From Longimicrobiales bacterium (GTDB taxonomy: Bacteria; Gemmatimonadota; Gemmatimonadetes; Longimicrobiales; Gaopeijiaceae): 64,000 nucleotides of DNA. Shown here piece after piece: positions 10,601 to 19,888 of this stretch (within the stretch, counting starts at the first letter, position 1; each line of letters begins with the position of its first letter). The notes beneath the pieces are model-generated. The model was not told the DNA's origin. It did not search any database and saw only the letters and a program-made list of their open reading frames with translations. The position numbers were made by a program, and so were the translations under genes. The DNA lies in assembly GCA_965202985.1 (NCBI GenBank), contig CBDBCF010000001.1:2752001-2816000 (forward strand), in the 5' to 3' direction.

Positions 10601-11390
10601 GGTTGGTCATGATCGTGTGGGTGCCCGTCTCGCGGTCGTAGCGGTACAGCTGGTAGCGGGGCAGGCGCGCGTTGTACTGCCAGTCGCCTGTCCCGCCGGC
10701 GTACCAGACGTGCCGGCCGTCAGGCCCGAACGCCGCGCCCACCATCTTGCGCGTCCCGGTGGCGCCGCCCAGGGCAAGCGGCGACCCCCGCTCGACGTGG
10801 TACAGGAAGAGCTTGGCGGGCCCGCCCAGTCCGCCGGACCGGCTGACCACGACGAACTCGCCGTCCGGGTCCCACTCGGGCGACAGGAACAGGTTGCCGT
10901 TGCCCCGGGACACCTGGGTCGTGTCGGTCTTGTCCAGGCGCATCGTCCACAGGTTGTCGCCGCCGCTGCGGTCCGACACGAAGGCCACGGACTCGCCGTC
11001 CGGGCTGAAGCGGGGCTGCACGTCGTAGGCCATCCCGGTCAGCAGGGGCGCCGCCTCGCCGCCGCCGATCGGCATAGTGTACAGGTCGCCCAGCAGGTCG
11101 AAGACGATCGTCTGCCCGTCCGGGCTCACGTCCAGCGATATCCACGTGCCCTCCGTGGCCGTGAACTCGGCCGTCCGGGCGCTGGCCAGCGGAAGCGGCT
11201 TCTCCCGCGAGCCGCCCCCGCCGCCGGCGCGCTGGGCCTCCGCCTCCGCCGGAAGCAGCGCCAGCGCCAACAGACCCAGCGCCGCCACCGCCCCCGCGAT
11301 GTTGCTCGGGCGCCTCGCCGTCCCCTCGGCCCGCCTCGTCTCCCCGCCTTGTCTCGTCGTCCCGGTCCTCGCTCTCCACGCGGCCCTCAT
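7614..11390 (-). CDS. Secreted amidohydrolase with N-terminal TolB-like/PD40 beta-propellers
   Basis: ATGA overlap with upstream paralog; signal peptide ending AEAEA-Q; repeated SPDG blades; PGFVDIHYH, GVTTTRDP, GSHGQ, GSIEEGKFADIVVL. Confidence 0.9.
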   Translation of the reverse strand: MRAAWRARTGTTRQGGETRRAEGTARRPSNIAGAVAALGLLALALLPAEAEAQRAGGGGGSREKPLPLASARTAEFTATEGTWISLDVSPDGQTIVFDLLGDLYTMPIGGGEAAPLLTGMAYDVQPRFSPDGESVAFVSDRSGGDNLWTMRLDKTDTTQVSRGNGNLFLSPEWDPDGEFVVVSRSGGLGGPAKLFLYHVERGSPLALGGATGTRKMVGAAFGPDGRHVWYAGGTGDWQYNARLPRYQLYRYDRETGTHTIMTNRYGSGMRPAISPDGRWLVYATRHNADTGLRKRNLETGEEAWLAYPVQRDEQESRAPLDLLPGYAFLPDGSAIVASYGGKIWRVPMDGGEAAEVPFEVPIELGIGPEVKFDFRIDTAEMVVASQIRSPAVAPGGGKVVFTAFDRLWTKELPDGEARRLTTADVGEFHPQWSPDGSWIAYATWDDAEGGHVMKAPADGGEPVRLTATPALYYNVAWSPGGDRIVASRGAARELKEASGIFFGPLGGSFVWVPADGAAPSEATLVSPTGTRDVAHFAADEPDRIYAYSPLEGLVSFRWDGTDVKKHLVVRGRQGVQGIGSPHPGEWEYLPRRVFPWRQAPDPTDPEPPTESGPPSPAGLVLLSPEGDRAFAQFGRDVFVVELAEVGATPPNIVLANLAASPVPVRKVTDVGGEFPSWAPDGSALHWAMGNVLFTYDLDHVEAEEAEEEETARERALLRVRAMAVSDTLKEKRAEADSLEKADEEVPEALEDEISRLAADSVQVVADSLVARADSIRDAAAEVAAKAAAVRAGDDEVLADSTEAYEAGERKIEAKLPRDVPRGTVALRGGRIITMAEPADDSTEAPNVIENGVVVVEDNRIAAVGPADSVEVPEDAEVVDVSGKTLVPGFVDIHYHAQWLVPEIHPEEVWQYLSTLSYGVTTTRDPQTATTDILSYTDRVRTGGMTGPRIYSTGPGVFLSENIRDADHAKTILRRYSEYFDTKTLKMYMTGNRQQRQWVIQAAKELELMPTTEGGLDFKIDMTHAIDGYPGIEHNLPIAPVYSDMVELFKESQTTNTPTLLVSYGGPFGENWFYATEDVHDDPKLNVFAPKANIDARARRRGPGGGGSPGQAGWFLEEEHVFPRHGEFVKKMLEAGGRMGVGSHGQIQGVGYHWELWAMAAGGASNHDMLRAATILGAEAIGFGEHLGSIEEGKFADIVVLNADPLDDLRATVDILYVMKDGRLYNGTTLDELYPEPRVLERQRPAEADPSGTAAGIRR

Positions 11391-14300
11391 CGCCCGCCTC
11401 CCCGAATCCCCGCCGCCACGTCGGGCGCCGTGTGCCGCCAGGGTTCGTCGGGCGCCGGCCGCTGCCTGGGCCACAGTTCGTCCAGCGTGTCCCCGTCGTA
11501 GAGCCTTCCGTTCATCATCACCTTGTCCACGGTGTTCGTGTTGCGGATGTCGTCCAGGGGGTCGGCGTCCAAGATCACCAAGTCGGCCAGCTTGCCCGCC
11601 TCGACCGATCCCAGGTCGCGCCCCAGCCCGATCGCCTCCGCCCCCATGATCGTCGCGGCGCGAAGCGCCTCGTGCTCGTCCATGCCGCCGCTCTGCAACG
11701 CCCACAGCTCCCAGTGGTAGCCCAGCCCCTGCAGCTGGCCATGGCTGCCCACCCCGGTCTTGCCGCCGCCCTCCACCAGCCGGGCCAGCCAGCCCGAGTG
11801 CTTTTCGAAGGCGTACTCCTCGTCCATGAACCAGCCGCCCGGCCCCGGCCCCGACGTTTGGAGGCGCCTCGCCTTGAAGTCGAGCTCCCGCTTCGGCGTG
11901 AAGTGCGTCAGCTTGTCGTCGCCGAAGACGTCTTCGTGCGTGAAGAAGTAGTTCTCGGCCCACGGCCCTCCATACGACACCAGAAGCGTGGGCGAGTTCA
12001 CGGTGCCCGACGCCGCGAAAAGCTCGACCACGTCCCCGTAGGCCGGCACGATCGGCATCGAGTGCTCGACCCCCGGATAGCCGTCGATGGCGTGCGTCAT
12101 GTTCAGCCGGTAGTCCAGTCCGCCTTCCGTGGTGGGCATCAGCCCGAGCTCCTTGGCGGCCATGATCAGCCACTGCCGCTGCCGGCGGTTGCCGGACATG
12201 TACATCTTGAAGGTCTTGGTGTCGTAGTACCGGCTGTACTTGCTCAGCACGTCCAAGGCGTGCTCGTAGCTGCGCACGAAGTCCGACGAGAAGACGCCGG
12301 GGCCAGTGTGGTAAACCCGCGGACCCGCCATCTTTCCGGCCCGCACCATGTCCTCGTAGGACAGCACGTCGGTCGTGGCCGTCTGCGGGTCGCGCGTCGT
12401 GGTGACGCCGTAGGCAAGGTTGGCTTGGTATATCCAGGGCCGCGCCCAGTGGAAGCCCCACAGGTTCCACATGTGGGCGTGGGTGTCCACGAACCCGGGC
12501 ACGATCGTCTGGCCCATCGCGTCGATCACCGTTGCGCCCTCGGGCACGTCGCCGGCGCCCGCCGACACCGACGCGATCCGGTTGTTCTCGACCACCACGT
12601 CGGCGTTCTCCACGATCTCGTCGCCCCGCATCGTGATCACGCGGGCGCCGCGCAGCACCACCGTGCCTTCCGGGATGTCCCGCTCCGCCGTCACCTCCAC
12701 GCGTTGCTCGGCGGGCTCGTAGTCGTCCCCGGCGGCCTCCGCGGCGTCCAAGTCGTAGGTGAAGAGCGCGTTCCCCAGCGACCAGTGAACGGTGCGGCCG
12801 TCCGCGCTCCACGCGGGGAACTCGGCGCCGATCCGACTCAGCCGGCGCACCGGCACCGCGGCCGAGTCCGGCTTGAAGACGTCCACCTCCGGCAGCGTGG
12901 CGCCCAGGTCGGGCACCGTCACCGCGTACACGTCGCGCCCGAGCTGCGCCAGCGCCCAGTCGCCCTGGGGCGCCATCAGGACCTGCCCGGCCGAGAAACG
13001 GGGGATGTTCTCGCGGGGCTCTTCCTCGTGGTCGTCGTCGAACACCTGGGGCATCACCAAGTCCGAGGTCTCCGAGGCCACGTAGCCGTCGGGCGCCACG
13101 CCCGCGTCCACGTCGATGCGTCGGGTGACGCGAAGGTGGAGCTTCCGGTCGGTGTCGTCCCAGGCCGCCGAGCTCAGCGCCAGCGCCCGAGGTCCGGCGG
13201 CCGGCGAGCCGGGAACCGCGTCGGCCCGCGCGAATCCGTAGTAGTAGATGCGGTCGGGGTCGGCGGTGAAGTGGGGCGATCTGCGTCCGTCCGTGGGACC
13301 GATTACCGTGGCCGGCCCCCCGTCCGTCGGAATCCAGACGAACTCCGAGTCCAGCCCGAAGCCGATGAACGGGTCCACGGCCTCCTGCACGTTGCGGCGC
13401 GACGAGCGAATCGCCACGATCCGCTCCCCGTCCGGGGACCACGCGATCTGCTGGTAGTAGGCGGGCCGGGCCGTGAGCGTCGTGGCGCGTCCGCCCTCCG
13501 CCGACACCCGCCGGACGTGGCCCTCGCCGGCGTCGTCGTCCCACGTTGCGTACGCCACGTGGCGGCCGTCGGGCGACCAGACCGGCTGGAACTCGCCCAC
13601 CTCGTCTTCCGTGAGGCGACGGGGCTCGCCTGCCGCGTCGGCGCCTTCGCCGGCCAGCTCGGCCACGTAAAGGCGGTCCAGCGCGGTGAAGGCGATCCGC
13701 GCGCCGTCGGGCGAGGGCTTGGCGTCGCGGATCTGCTTGACGGTGAAGGTGGGCGTGTCTTGAATCGGGTACTCGAACTCGACTTCGGGGCCGATCGCGA
13801 TCTCGGCCTCGACCGAGAAGGGGACCTCCGTCGGTTCGGCGCCGTCCACGGGCACGCGCCAGATGCCGCCGCCGTACGAGATGACCAGGGCGTCGGAGCC
13901 GGGCGTGAAGCTGTAGCCGGGCAGCACGTCCATGGTGGCGGTGGACTCCTGGTCGTCGCGCTGGATGGGGTAGGCCAGCCAGTGCTCCTCGCCCGAGGCC
14001 AGGTCGCGCAGGCGGATGCCGGTGTCGGCGTCGTCCCGGCTGCCGTACGCCAGCCACTTCCCGTCGGGCGAGACCGCCGGACGAAACGCCGATCCGTACC
14101 GGTTGGACATCGGCGTCCGCGTGCCCGTCTCCCGGTCGTAGACCCAAAGCTGGTACTGCGGCAGGATCGCGTTGTAGCTCCAGGTGCCGATGCGCTGAGC
14201 GTACCAGACGTAGCGGCCCTCCGGGTCCACGGCGGGGCCCATCATGCGCTGCCCGAAGGAGCCGCCCACCATCTCCAGCCCCGTGCCCCCGTCCACGTGG

Positions 14301-14803
14301 TACAGCCACAGCTTCTCCAGGCCCTGCCGGGGCGCCGCCCGCGACACCACCACGTACTTGCCGTCGGGGGTCCACTCGGGCGAAGCGAAGCGGCTGCCTA
14401 TCCCCTTGCTCAGCTGGACGGGCTCGCCGCCCGTCGCGGGCATGAGCCACACGTTGTTGTCGCCGCTCCGGTCCGACACGAAGACGATCCGCTCGCCGTC
14501 CGGGCTGAAGCGCGGTTGCATGTCGTGCGGCATCCCGTCGGTGAGCCGCGCGGCCTGCCCGCCGGAGGCCGGCATGGCGTAGAGGTCGCCCAGCAGGTCG
14601 AAGACGATCGTCTGCCCGTCGGGGCTCACGTCCAGGGAGATCCACGTGCCCTCGGTGGTGGTGAAGCGCGCCCAGCGGGCGGGCTCCAGCGGGAGGCCGC
14701 GATCGAGGTCCGGCTTCTCGTCGACGGCGTCTTGGGCGCCGAGGGCCGAAGGGAGGATGACCAGCAGGGCGAGCGTCGAAAGGCCGCGATGGGCAAAGCG
14801 CAT
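11387..14803 (-). CDS. Secreted amidohydrolase with TolB-like/PD40 beta-propellers (paralog)
   Basis: Signal peptide MRFAHRG...ALGA-Q; SPDG repeats; PGFVDTHAH, YGVTTTRDP, GSVEAGKLADLVIL. Confidence 0.9.
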   Translation of the reverse strand: MRFAHRGLSTLALLVILPSALGAQDAVDEKPDLDRGLPLEPARWARFTTTEGTWISLDVSPDGQTIVFDLLGDLYAMPASGGQAARLTDGMPHDMQPRFSPDGERIVFVSDRSGDNNVWLMPATGGEPVQLSKGIGSRFASPEWTPDGKYVVVSRAAPRQGLEKLWLYHVDGGTGLEMVGGSFGQRMMGPAVDPEGRYVWYAQRIGTWSYNAILPQYQLWVYDRETGTRTPMSNRYGSAFRPAVSPDGKWLAYGSRDDADTGIRLRDLASGEEHWLAYPIQRDDQESTATMDVLPGYSFTPGSDALVISYGGGIWRVPVDGAEPTEVPFSVEAEIAIGPEVEFEYPIQDTPTFTVKQIRDAKPSPDGARIAFTALDRLYVAELAGEGADAAGEPRRLTEDEVGEFQPVWSPDGRHVAYATWDDDAGEGHVRRVSAEGGRATTLTARPAYYQQIAWSPDGERIVAIRSSRRNVQEAVDPFIGFGLDSEFVWIPTDGGPATVIGPTDGRRSPHFTADPDRIYYYGFARADAVPGSPAAGPRALALSSAAWDDTDRKLHLRVTRRIDVDAGVAPDGYVASETSDLVMPQVFDDDHEEEPRENIPRFSAGQVLMAPQGDWALAQLGRDVYAVTVPDLGATLPEVDVFKPDSAAVPVRRLSRIGAEFPAWSADGRTVHWSLGNALFTYDLDAAEAAGDDYEPAEQRVEVTAERDIPEGTVVLRGARVITMRGDEIVENADVVVENNRIASVSAGAGDVPEGATVIDAMGQTIVPGFVDTHAHMWNLWGFHWARPWIYQANLAYGVTTTRDPQTATTDVLSYEDMVRAGKMAGPRVYHTGPGVFSSDFVRSYEHALDVLSKYSRYYDTKTFKMYMSGNRRQRQWLIMAAKELGLMPTTEGGLDYRLNMTHAIDGYPGVEHSMPIVPAYGDVVELFAASGTVNSPTLLVSYGGPWAENYFFTHEDVFGDDKLTHFTPKRELDFKARRLQTSGPGPGGWFMDEEYAFEKHSGWLARLVEGGGKTGVGSHGQLQGLGYHWELWALQSGGMDEHEALRAATIMGAEAIGLGRDLGSVEAGKLADLVILDADPLDDIRNTNTVDKVMMNGRLYDGDTLDELWPRQRPAPDEPWRHTAPDVAAGIRGGGR

Positions 14804-14958
14804 TTGCCGACTCCGTTCGTCGTGGTTGCAGATGGCGGCACAGGTCCACAGTAGCACCGGCAACGGCCCCGCGGCTACCCCGTTCGCTTCTGCGCTCGGT
14901 GCGCCCGCCGTCGGTGCGCCGCGCTGGACTTGCCGGGGGCCAGCGGCGACCTTTCGAC

Positions 14959-15873
14959 ATGAACGGAGCCGACCTCCGCGAGATCGCCCTGATCTCGGTG
15001 TCCATCGACCTGGGCGCCGGACGTCGGGGCGTGGACATGGGGCCGTCGGCCCTTCGGATCGCGGGGATCGTAGAACAGCTCGAGGCTCTGGGCTACAAGG
15101 TTCACGAGGCCGGCTCGGTCACCGCCGGCGGGCTCGAGGTCACCGACTCCGGCGAAGCCCACCTTCGCTTCCTGGACGAAGTCGCTCGCGTGGCCGCCCG
15201 CACTCGGTTCATGGTGGCGCGGGCCTTGGAGCGTGGCCGCCTGCCCGTGGTCCTGGGCGGCGACCACTCCCTGTCGATCGGTTCGATCGCCGCGGTGGCG
15301 GATTACTTTCGCGAGCGGCGCAAGCCCCTGGGCGCCATCTGGGTGGACGCCCACACGGACATGAACCTCCCCGGCACCACCCCCAGCGGCAACATCCACG
15401 GCATGTCCCTGGCCGTCCTGCTGGGACGGGGCGCGCCCCGCCTGACCGGCCCGGTGCCCAGCCTGCGTGCCGACAACGTGTGCGTGCTGGGAGCCAGGGA
15501 GCTGGACGCGGGCGAAAAGGAGCTGGTGGCGGAGATGGGCGTGCGCGTGTTCGCCATGTCGGAGATCGACGCCCGCGGAGTAGGGCCGTGCATGGACGAA
15601 GCGCTGGAGCGCGCCAACGACGGCACCGCCGGCTTTCACCTGTCCGTGGACCTGGATGTGCTGGACCCGCGTTTCGCGCCGGGGGTCGGCACCCCCGTGC
15701 AAGGCGGCCTCACCAACCGCGAAGGGCACCTGGTGTGCGAGAAGGCTGCCCGCTCCGGACGGCTGGCCGGCATGGACGTGGTCGAACTGAACCCGGTCCT
15801 GGACCACCGCAACGACACGGCGGTGCTGGCCGTGGGCTTGGTGGCTTCGGCCCTGGGCAAGACGATCCTCTAG
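14959..15873 (+). CDS. rocF: Arginase
   Basis: GVDMGP, LGGDHS, WVDAHTD, SGNIHGM, SVDLDVLDP..APGVGTP, VELNP. Confidence 0.93.
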   Translation: MNGADLREIALISVSIDLGAGRRGVDMGPSALRIAGIVEQLEALGYKVHEAGSVTAGGLEVTDSGEAHLRFLDEVARVAARTRFMVARALERGRLPVVLGGDHSLSIGSIAAVADYFRERRKPLGAIWVDAHTDMNLPGTTPSGNIHGMSLAVLLGRGAPRLTGPVPSLRADNVCVLGARELDAGEKELVAEMGVRVFAMSEIDARGVGPCMDEALERANDGTAGFHLSVDLDVLDPRFAPGVGTPVQGGLTNREGHLVCEKAARSGRLAGMDVVELNPVLDHRNDTAVLAVGLVASALGKTIL

Positions 15874-15889
15874 CTCACCCGACCCGGTC

Positions 15890-17470
15890 TCACATTCCCC
15901 AGACCCGGACGCGGGTTCCGTCCTGCGCCTCGTGGGACCTTCGGAACACCTTCTCGTCCCAACTGCGCCCCTGCCGTCTGTCGAACACGACCAGATGTCC
16001 CGCCTCGGCGTCGCAACGGTCCATGTAGCCCGCCGTCTGCTCCACCCCTTCGGCGACCGTTCGCTCCAGCCCCTTGCGCAGCACCTTGCACTCGACCACG
16101 TGCCGTTGCGTGCCGCCGCCCTTGGGCCACAGCACCAGCAGGTCGGTGCGTCCTCGCCCCAGCCCGTACTCCCGCTCGATCCGGCCTCCGCTGTTCACGA
16201 TGCGCTGCAGGAACGCCTGCAACAGCAGCTGCGGTCCGGCTTCCTTGTATTGGAAACGTTCCACCCGATGCTCCGAGTGCTCCCGGAAGAACTCCTGGAA
16301 GGCCGCCAGCAGCTTCTCCATCTCCAGGCCGCCCGCCGCGTTCACGTACCAAGCCGCGTCCTGCGCCAAGTTCGCCTGCGGCTCCCACGCCAGCTCCCGC
16401 GGCACCACCTCCGCGTAGATCGGATTCGCGACGCGCACCGGCAAATCCCTGGCCACCAGCCCCAAGTCCTGGACGTACTCGAGGTCGCGCGGCGCGAACT
16501 CGGTCTCGCCGCCGCCCGCCAGCAACGGCTCCACCACGCGCCGCACCCGCTCCTCCCGCAGCTTGTCAGCCAGCTGGTCCAGGTGCGTGTCGCGCCGCAG
16601 GATCAACGCTTCCGCCGCCTCCAGCACGTCGGCCTGCGAAATCGTTCGTGCCCGGCCCGCCGCTGCGCGCTCGCCCTCGAAGCACATCTCGTAGGCCAGC
16701 GCATTGACCAGCCAGGGCTGGCCCCGCGTCCGGGTCCAGACGGCATCGATCGCGCCCTCCGCGAACGTTTGGCCCGCATCCTCGGTGTGCTGGCCCAACA
16801 GGGCGACAACTTGGTCGCGCGAGAAGTCGCCCAGCCGCAGCGACTTGGCCTTGACGTTGAACGCGCTGCCCCCCGCCACCATCGTGCCGGCCGGGGCCGA
16901 GCGGATGCGGTAGTCCCGCACGTCGCGCACTCCGCACAGGACCACGCTCTGCGGAAAGCCGTCCGGCCGCATGTCGGAGCCCGCCCGCAGCTGCCGCAAC
17001 ACCGACAGCAGCGAGTTTCCCACCAGCGCGTCGATCTCGTCGATCAACAGCACCAGCGGCTTCGGGGCGACGGATGCCCACCGCGTCAGGCTTTGGCGAA
17101 GCGCGCCGTGGGGGCCCCGCGTGGCCAGCATCTCCGGCCATATCGCCTCCAGGGCGTCGTCGCCCACTGCGCGCACCGCTCGGTCGGCCAGCTCGCCCAG
17201 CACCGTTCGCATCGCCTGCTCGACGTCCTCCAGGGCCGCCTGGGCGCCTTCCACGTTCACGTAGACGCAACTGTGACGCCCTTCGTCGTTCAGCAGGTCC
17301 CGAAGCGCCAGCAGGGCCGAGGTCTTGCCGGTCTGGCGGGGCGCGTGAAGCACGAAGTAGCGGTGCTCGGCGACAAGCCGTCGGATCTCGGCCAGGTCGA
17401 CGCGCTCGGGGGGCGGGACGCAGTAGTGGCGACTCGCATCCACCGGGCCGGTCGTGTTGAAGAAGCGCAT
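15890..17470 (-). CDS. AAA-like ATPase with C-terminal PD-(D/E)XK nuclease-like domain
   Basis: MRFFNTTGP start, Walker A APRQTGKTS, Walker B LLIDEID, TRGQPWLVN, C-terminal EREY..GRGRTDL...VVECK. Confidence 0.85.
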   Translation of the reverse strand: MRFFNTTGPVDASRHYCVPPPERVDLAEIRRLVAEHRYFVLHAPRQTGKTSALLALRDLLNDEGRHSCVYVNVEGAQAALEDVEQAMRTVLGELADRAVRAVGDDALEAIWPEMLATRGPHGALRQSLTRWASVAPKPLVLLIDEIDALVGNSLLSVLRQLRAGSDMRPDGFPQSVVLCGVRDVRDYRIRSAPAGTMVAGGSAFNVKAKSLRLGDFSRDQVVALLGQHTEDAGQTFAEGAIDAVWTRTRGQPWLVNALAYEMCFEGERAAAGRARTISQADVLEAAEALILRRDTHLDQLADKLREERVRRVVEPLLAGGGETEFAPRDLEYVQDLGLVARDLPVRVANPIYAEVVPRELAWEPQANLAQDAAWYVNAAGGLEMEKLLAAFQEFFREHSEHRVERFQYKEAGPQLLLQAFLQRIVNSGGRIEREYGLGRGRTDLLVLWPKGGGTQRHVVECKVLRKGLERTVAEGVEQTAGYMDRCDAEAGHLVVFDRRQGRSWDEKVFRRSHEAQDGTRVRVWGM

Positions 17471-17705
17471 GGGCGTGGACTCGGACGCCTCCCCCCGAGG
17501 ACTCGAGCGCGCCCGCCCGATCCGTGAACTCCGGGGCGGCGCCGACAATCGAAGATAGCGACGTGGCCGAGGCGGCCGAGGGCGCGGGCGTACGGGGCAG
17601 CGCGACTTGCCGGCCGGTCCCGCGGCTCCGTACCATTCGCCGTGCAGCTCCAACCCGCGAGGCGCGCCGGATCGCGGCCAACCCCATGACTTCTGCCGAC
17701 CCCCC

Positions 17706-19694
17706 GTGATCTCCGTCAACGAGCTGGGCCAATCGTTCGGGGGGCGAACGCTCTTCGCGGGCGCTTCGTTTCGCTTGGACCGGGGCAAGCGGTACGGCTT
17801 GGTGGGCGCCAACGGCTCGGGCAAGACCACGCTCCTGGGCATCCTTGCGGGCGACGCGACACCCAGCGTCGGCGAGGTGTCCGTCCCCAAGCGGGCCCGG
17901 CTGGGCGTGTTGCGTCAAGACCAGTTCCTCCACCGCGACGAGGCGATCCTGCAGGTCGCTCTCATGGGCAACCGAGAACTGTGGGAAGCGATGGCGGAGA
18001 AGGAGAGGCTCCTGGCGGCCGCCGACGGGGCCGCGAGCGCCGACGGGGCCGAGGGAGCCGAGGCCGAGTTCGACGCCGAACGGTTCTCCGAGCTCGAGGA
18101 GATCGTTCAGGACCACGACGGCTACGCCGCCGAATCCCGGGCCGGCGCGATCCTGGAAGGACTGGGGATCCCGTCCGTCGTCCACGGCGACCCGCTGTCG
18201 ACCCTGTCCGGCGGCTTCCGGCTGCGGGTCCTGCTGGCGCAGGTGCTGGCCAGCGCCCCCGACGCTCTCCTTCTGGACGAGCCGACGAACCACTTGGACA
18301 TCCTGTCGATCCGCTGGTTGGAGAAGTTCCTGCGGGAGTTTCCGGGTCCCGTGGTCGTCGTCAGTCACGACCACAGGTTCTTGGAGAACGTGGTCACGCA
18401 CGTCCTGGACATGGACTACGAGACCGTGCTGCAATACCCGGGGGGCTTCGAGGCGTTCCGCCGGGGCAAGGCGGAGGAACGGGGGCGGCGCGAGAAGGAG
18501 ATCGCCACGCGCAAGCGGGAGATCGCGCACCACCAGCAGTTCGTGGACCGCTTCCGGGCCAAGGCCACCAAGGCCCGACAGGCCCAGAGCAAGGTCCGCC
18601 TGATCGAGAAGAAGGCCGACGCCTTGGTCGAGCTTCCCCGGAGTTCCCGGCGCTGGCCCACCTTCCGCTTCGAGCAGTCGCGTCCCAGCGGCAGGGAAGT
18701 GCTGCGCGCGAAGGGCGTCTCCAAGTCCTACGGCGACAACCGGGTGTTGGATGGAGTGGACCTGGAGGTTGCGCGCGGCGACCGGCTGGCGGTGATGGGA
18801 CCCAACGGGATCGGGAAGTCCACTCTCCTGCAGATTCTGACGGGGCGACTGGAGGCCGACGCGGGGTCGGTCGAATGGGGATACGAAGCTCGGCCGGGCT
18901 ACTTCGCCCAGGACCAGGGCGACCACTTTCGCTCCTTGCGCCGCAGCGCCGAGGCGTGGATCGGCGACTTCTGCGACGGACGGGACAGAGGATACGCGCG
19001 CGGCATGTTGGGAAGGGTCCTCTTCTCGGGAGACGACGCCGAGAAGCCCCTGGACGCTCTGTCCGGCGGCGAGGCGGCCCGACTGGTCTTCTGCAGTCTC
19101 ATGATCCGCGCACCCAACGTGCTCGTGCTCGACGAGCCCACCAATCACCTGGACATGGAGTCGATAGAGGCGCTCGTGGACGGGTTGCGGGAGTACGAGG
19201 GGACGCTGGTCTTCGTGTCCCACGACCGCTGGTTCGCGAGCCGCCTGGCGAACCGGGTCGTGGAGATCGCGCCGGAGGGCATCCGGGACTACCGCGGCAC
19301 CTACGAGGAGTACGTCCACTTCTGCGGCGACGACCACCTGGACGTGGACCGAGTCGTGCTGAAAGCGAAGGCGACGCGCAAGAAGCGGGCGAGCGGGCAG
19401 TCCGGCGCAGGCGGGCAGCAGAACCGGCGGGCGGGGACGCGTCGGCGGGGCGGGAAAAGCAGCGGCGCCCGGCGACGAGGGTCGCTGGACGACAGGCGGA
19501 GCAGCCTGATCGGGCGCATCGAGCGACTGGAGGCGCGGTTGGCCGAGATCGACCGCGAGTTGGCCGATCCGGAGTTGTATGCGCGCCCCGCGCAGGGAGA
19601 GGCGGCGACGCTGGCGCAAGAGCGCGCCAAGGCGGTTGCCGAGATGGAGCGGCTCATGGCCGAGTGGGAAAAGCTCGAGGCGGAACCCGGCTAG
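17706..19694 (+). CDS. ABC-F family ATP-binding protein (YbiT/Uup-like) with C-terminal coiled coil
   Basis: Two ABC cassettes (GANGSGKT, LSGG, LLLDEPTNHLD; GPNGIGKS, LSGGE, LVLDEPTNHLD), KARQAQS linker, no membrane domain. Confidence 0.92.
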   Translation: MISVNELGQSFGGRTLFAGASFRLDRGKRYGLVGANGSGKTTLLGILAGDATPSVGEVSVPKRARLGVLRQDQFLHRDEAILQVALMGNRELWEAMAEKERLLAAADGAASADGAEGAEAEFDAERFSELEEIVQDHDGYAAESRAGAILEGLGIPSVVHGDPLSTLSGGFRLRVLLAQVLASAPDALLLDEPTNHLDILSIRWLEKFLREFPGPVVVVSHDHRFLENVVTHVLDMDYETVLQYPGGFEAFRRGKAEERGRREKEIATRKREIAHHQQFVDRFRAKATKARQAQSKVRLIEKKADALVELPRSSRRWPTFRFEQSRPSGREVLRAKGVSKSYGDNRVLDGVDLEVARGDRLAVMGPNGIGKSTLLQILTGRLEADAGSVEWGYEARPGYFAQDQGDHFRSLRRSAEAWIGDFCDGRDRGYARGMLGRVLFSGDDAEKPLDALSGGEAARLVFCSLMIRAPNVLVLDEPTNHLDMESIEALVDGLREYEGTLVFVSHDRWFASRLANRVVEIAPEGIRDYRGTYEEYVHFCGDDHLDVDRVVLKAKATRKKRASGQSGAGGQQNRRAGTRRRGGKSSGARRRGSLDDRRSSLIGRIERLEARLAEIDRELADPELYARPAQGEAATLAQERAKAVAEMERLMAEWEKLEAEPG

Positions 19695-19750
19695 CGGCCC
19701 GTAGCAGGTTCTCGCGGACGTGCGGACCGCGCTCGCCGATGCATGGGCGA

Positions 19751-19790
19751 TGTCAAACCACAGTAGAAATGTCCGGGAGCAGTAGGTGTC
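19751..19790 (-). mobile_element. Probable orphan right terminal repeat of an IS1202/ISNCY (IS481-like) element
   Basis: TGTCAAACCACAGTAGAAATGTCC then a second degenerate CAGTAG..TGTC; TGT terminus and repeated AAATGTC-type motif match my recollection of such ends; related transposase remnant at 32.5-33.1 kb in compatible orientation. Confidence 0.55.
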
Positions 19791-19888
19791 GCGGCGTCGC
19801 GCCACTTCAATGAACGAGCGAACGAGTGCCCGCGGTGTCCGGACGATTGCCTCGGGCTCGTCTCGAGATCGTGATTCGCCGGCTCCCG

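Noticed and set aside
7575..14854. Very long + strand ORFs (1308 and 1140 aa) and similar long shadow ORFs such as 22058-28876 and 48654-51713
   Set aside because: Antisense or off-frame to clear genes, Arg/Pro/Gly-rich, no motifs; expected in high-GC DNA
7614..15038. 2474-aa ORF as a single protein
   Set aside because: First ~1200 aa are an off-frame overlay of the upstream paralog; the real start is the ATGA overlap at 11390
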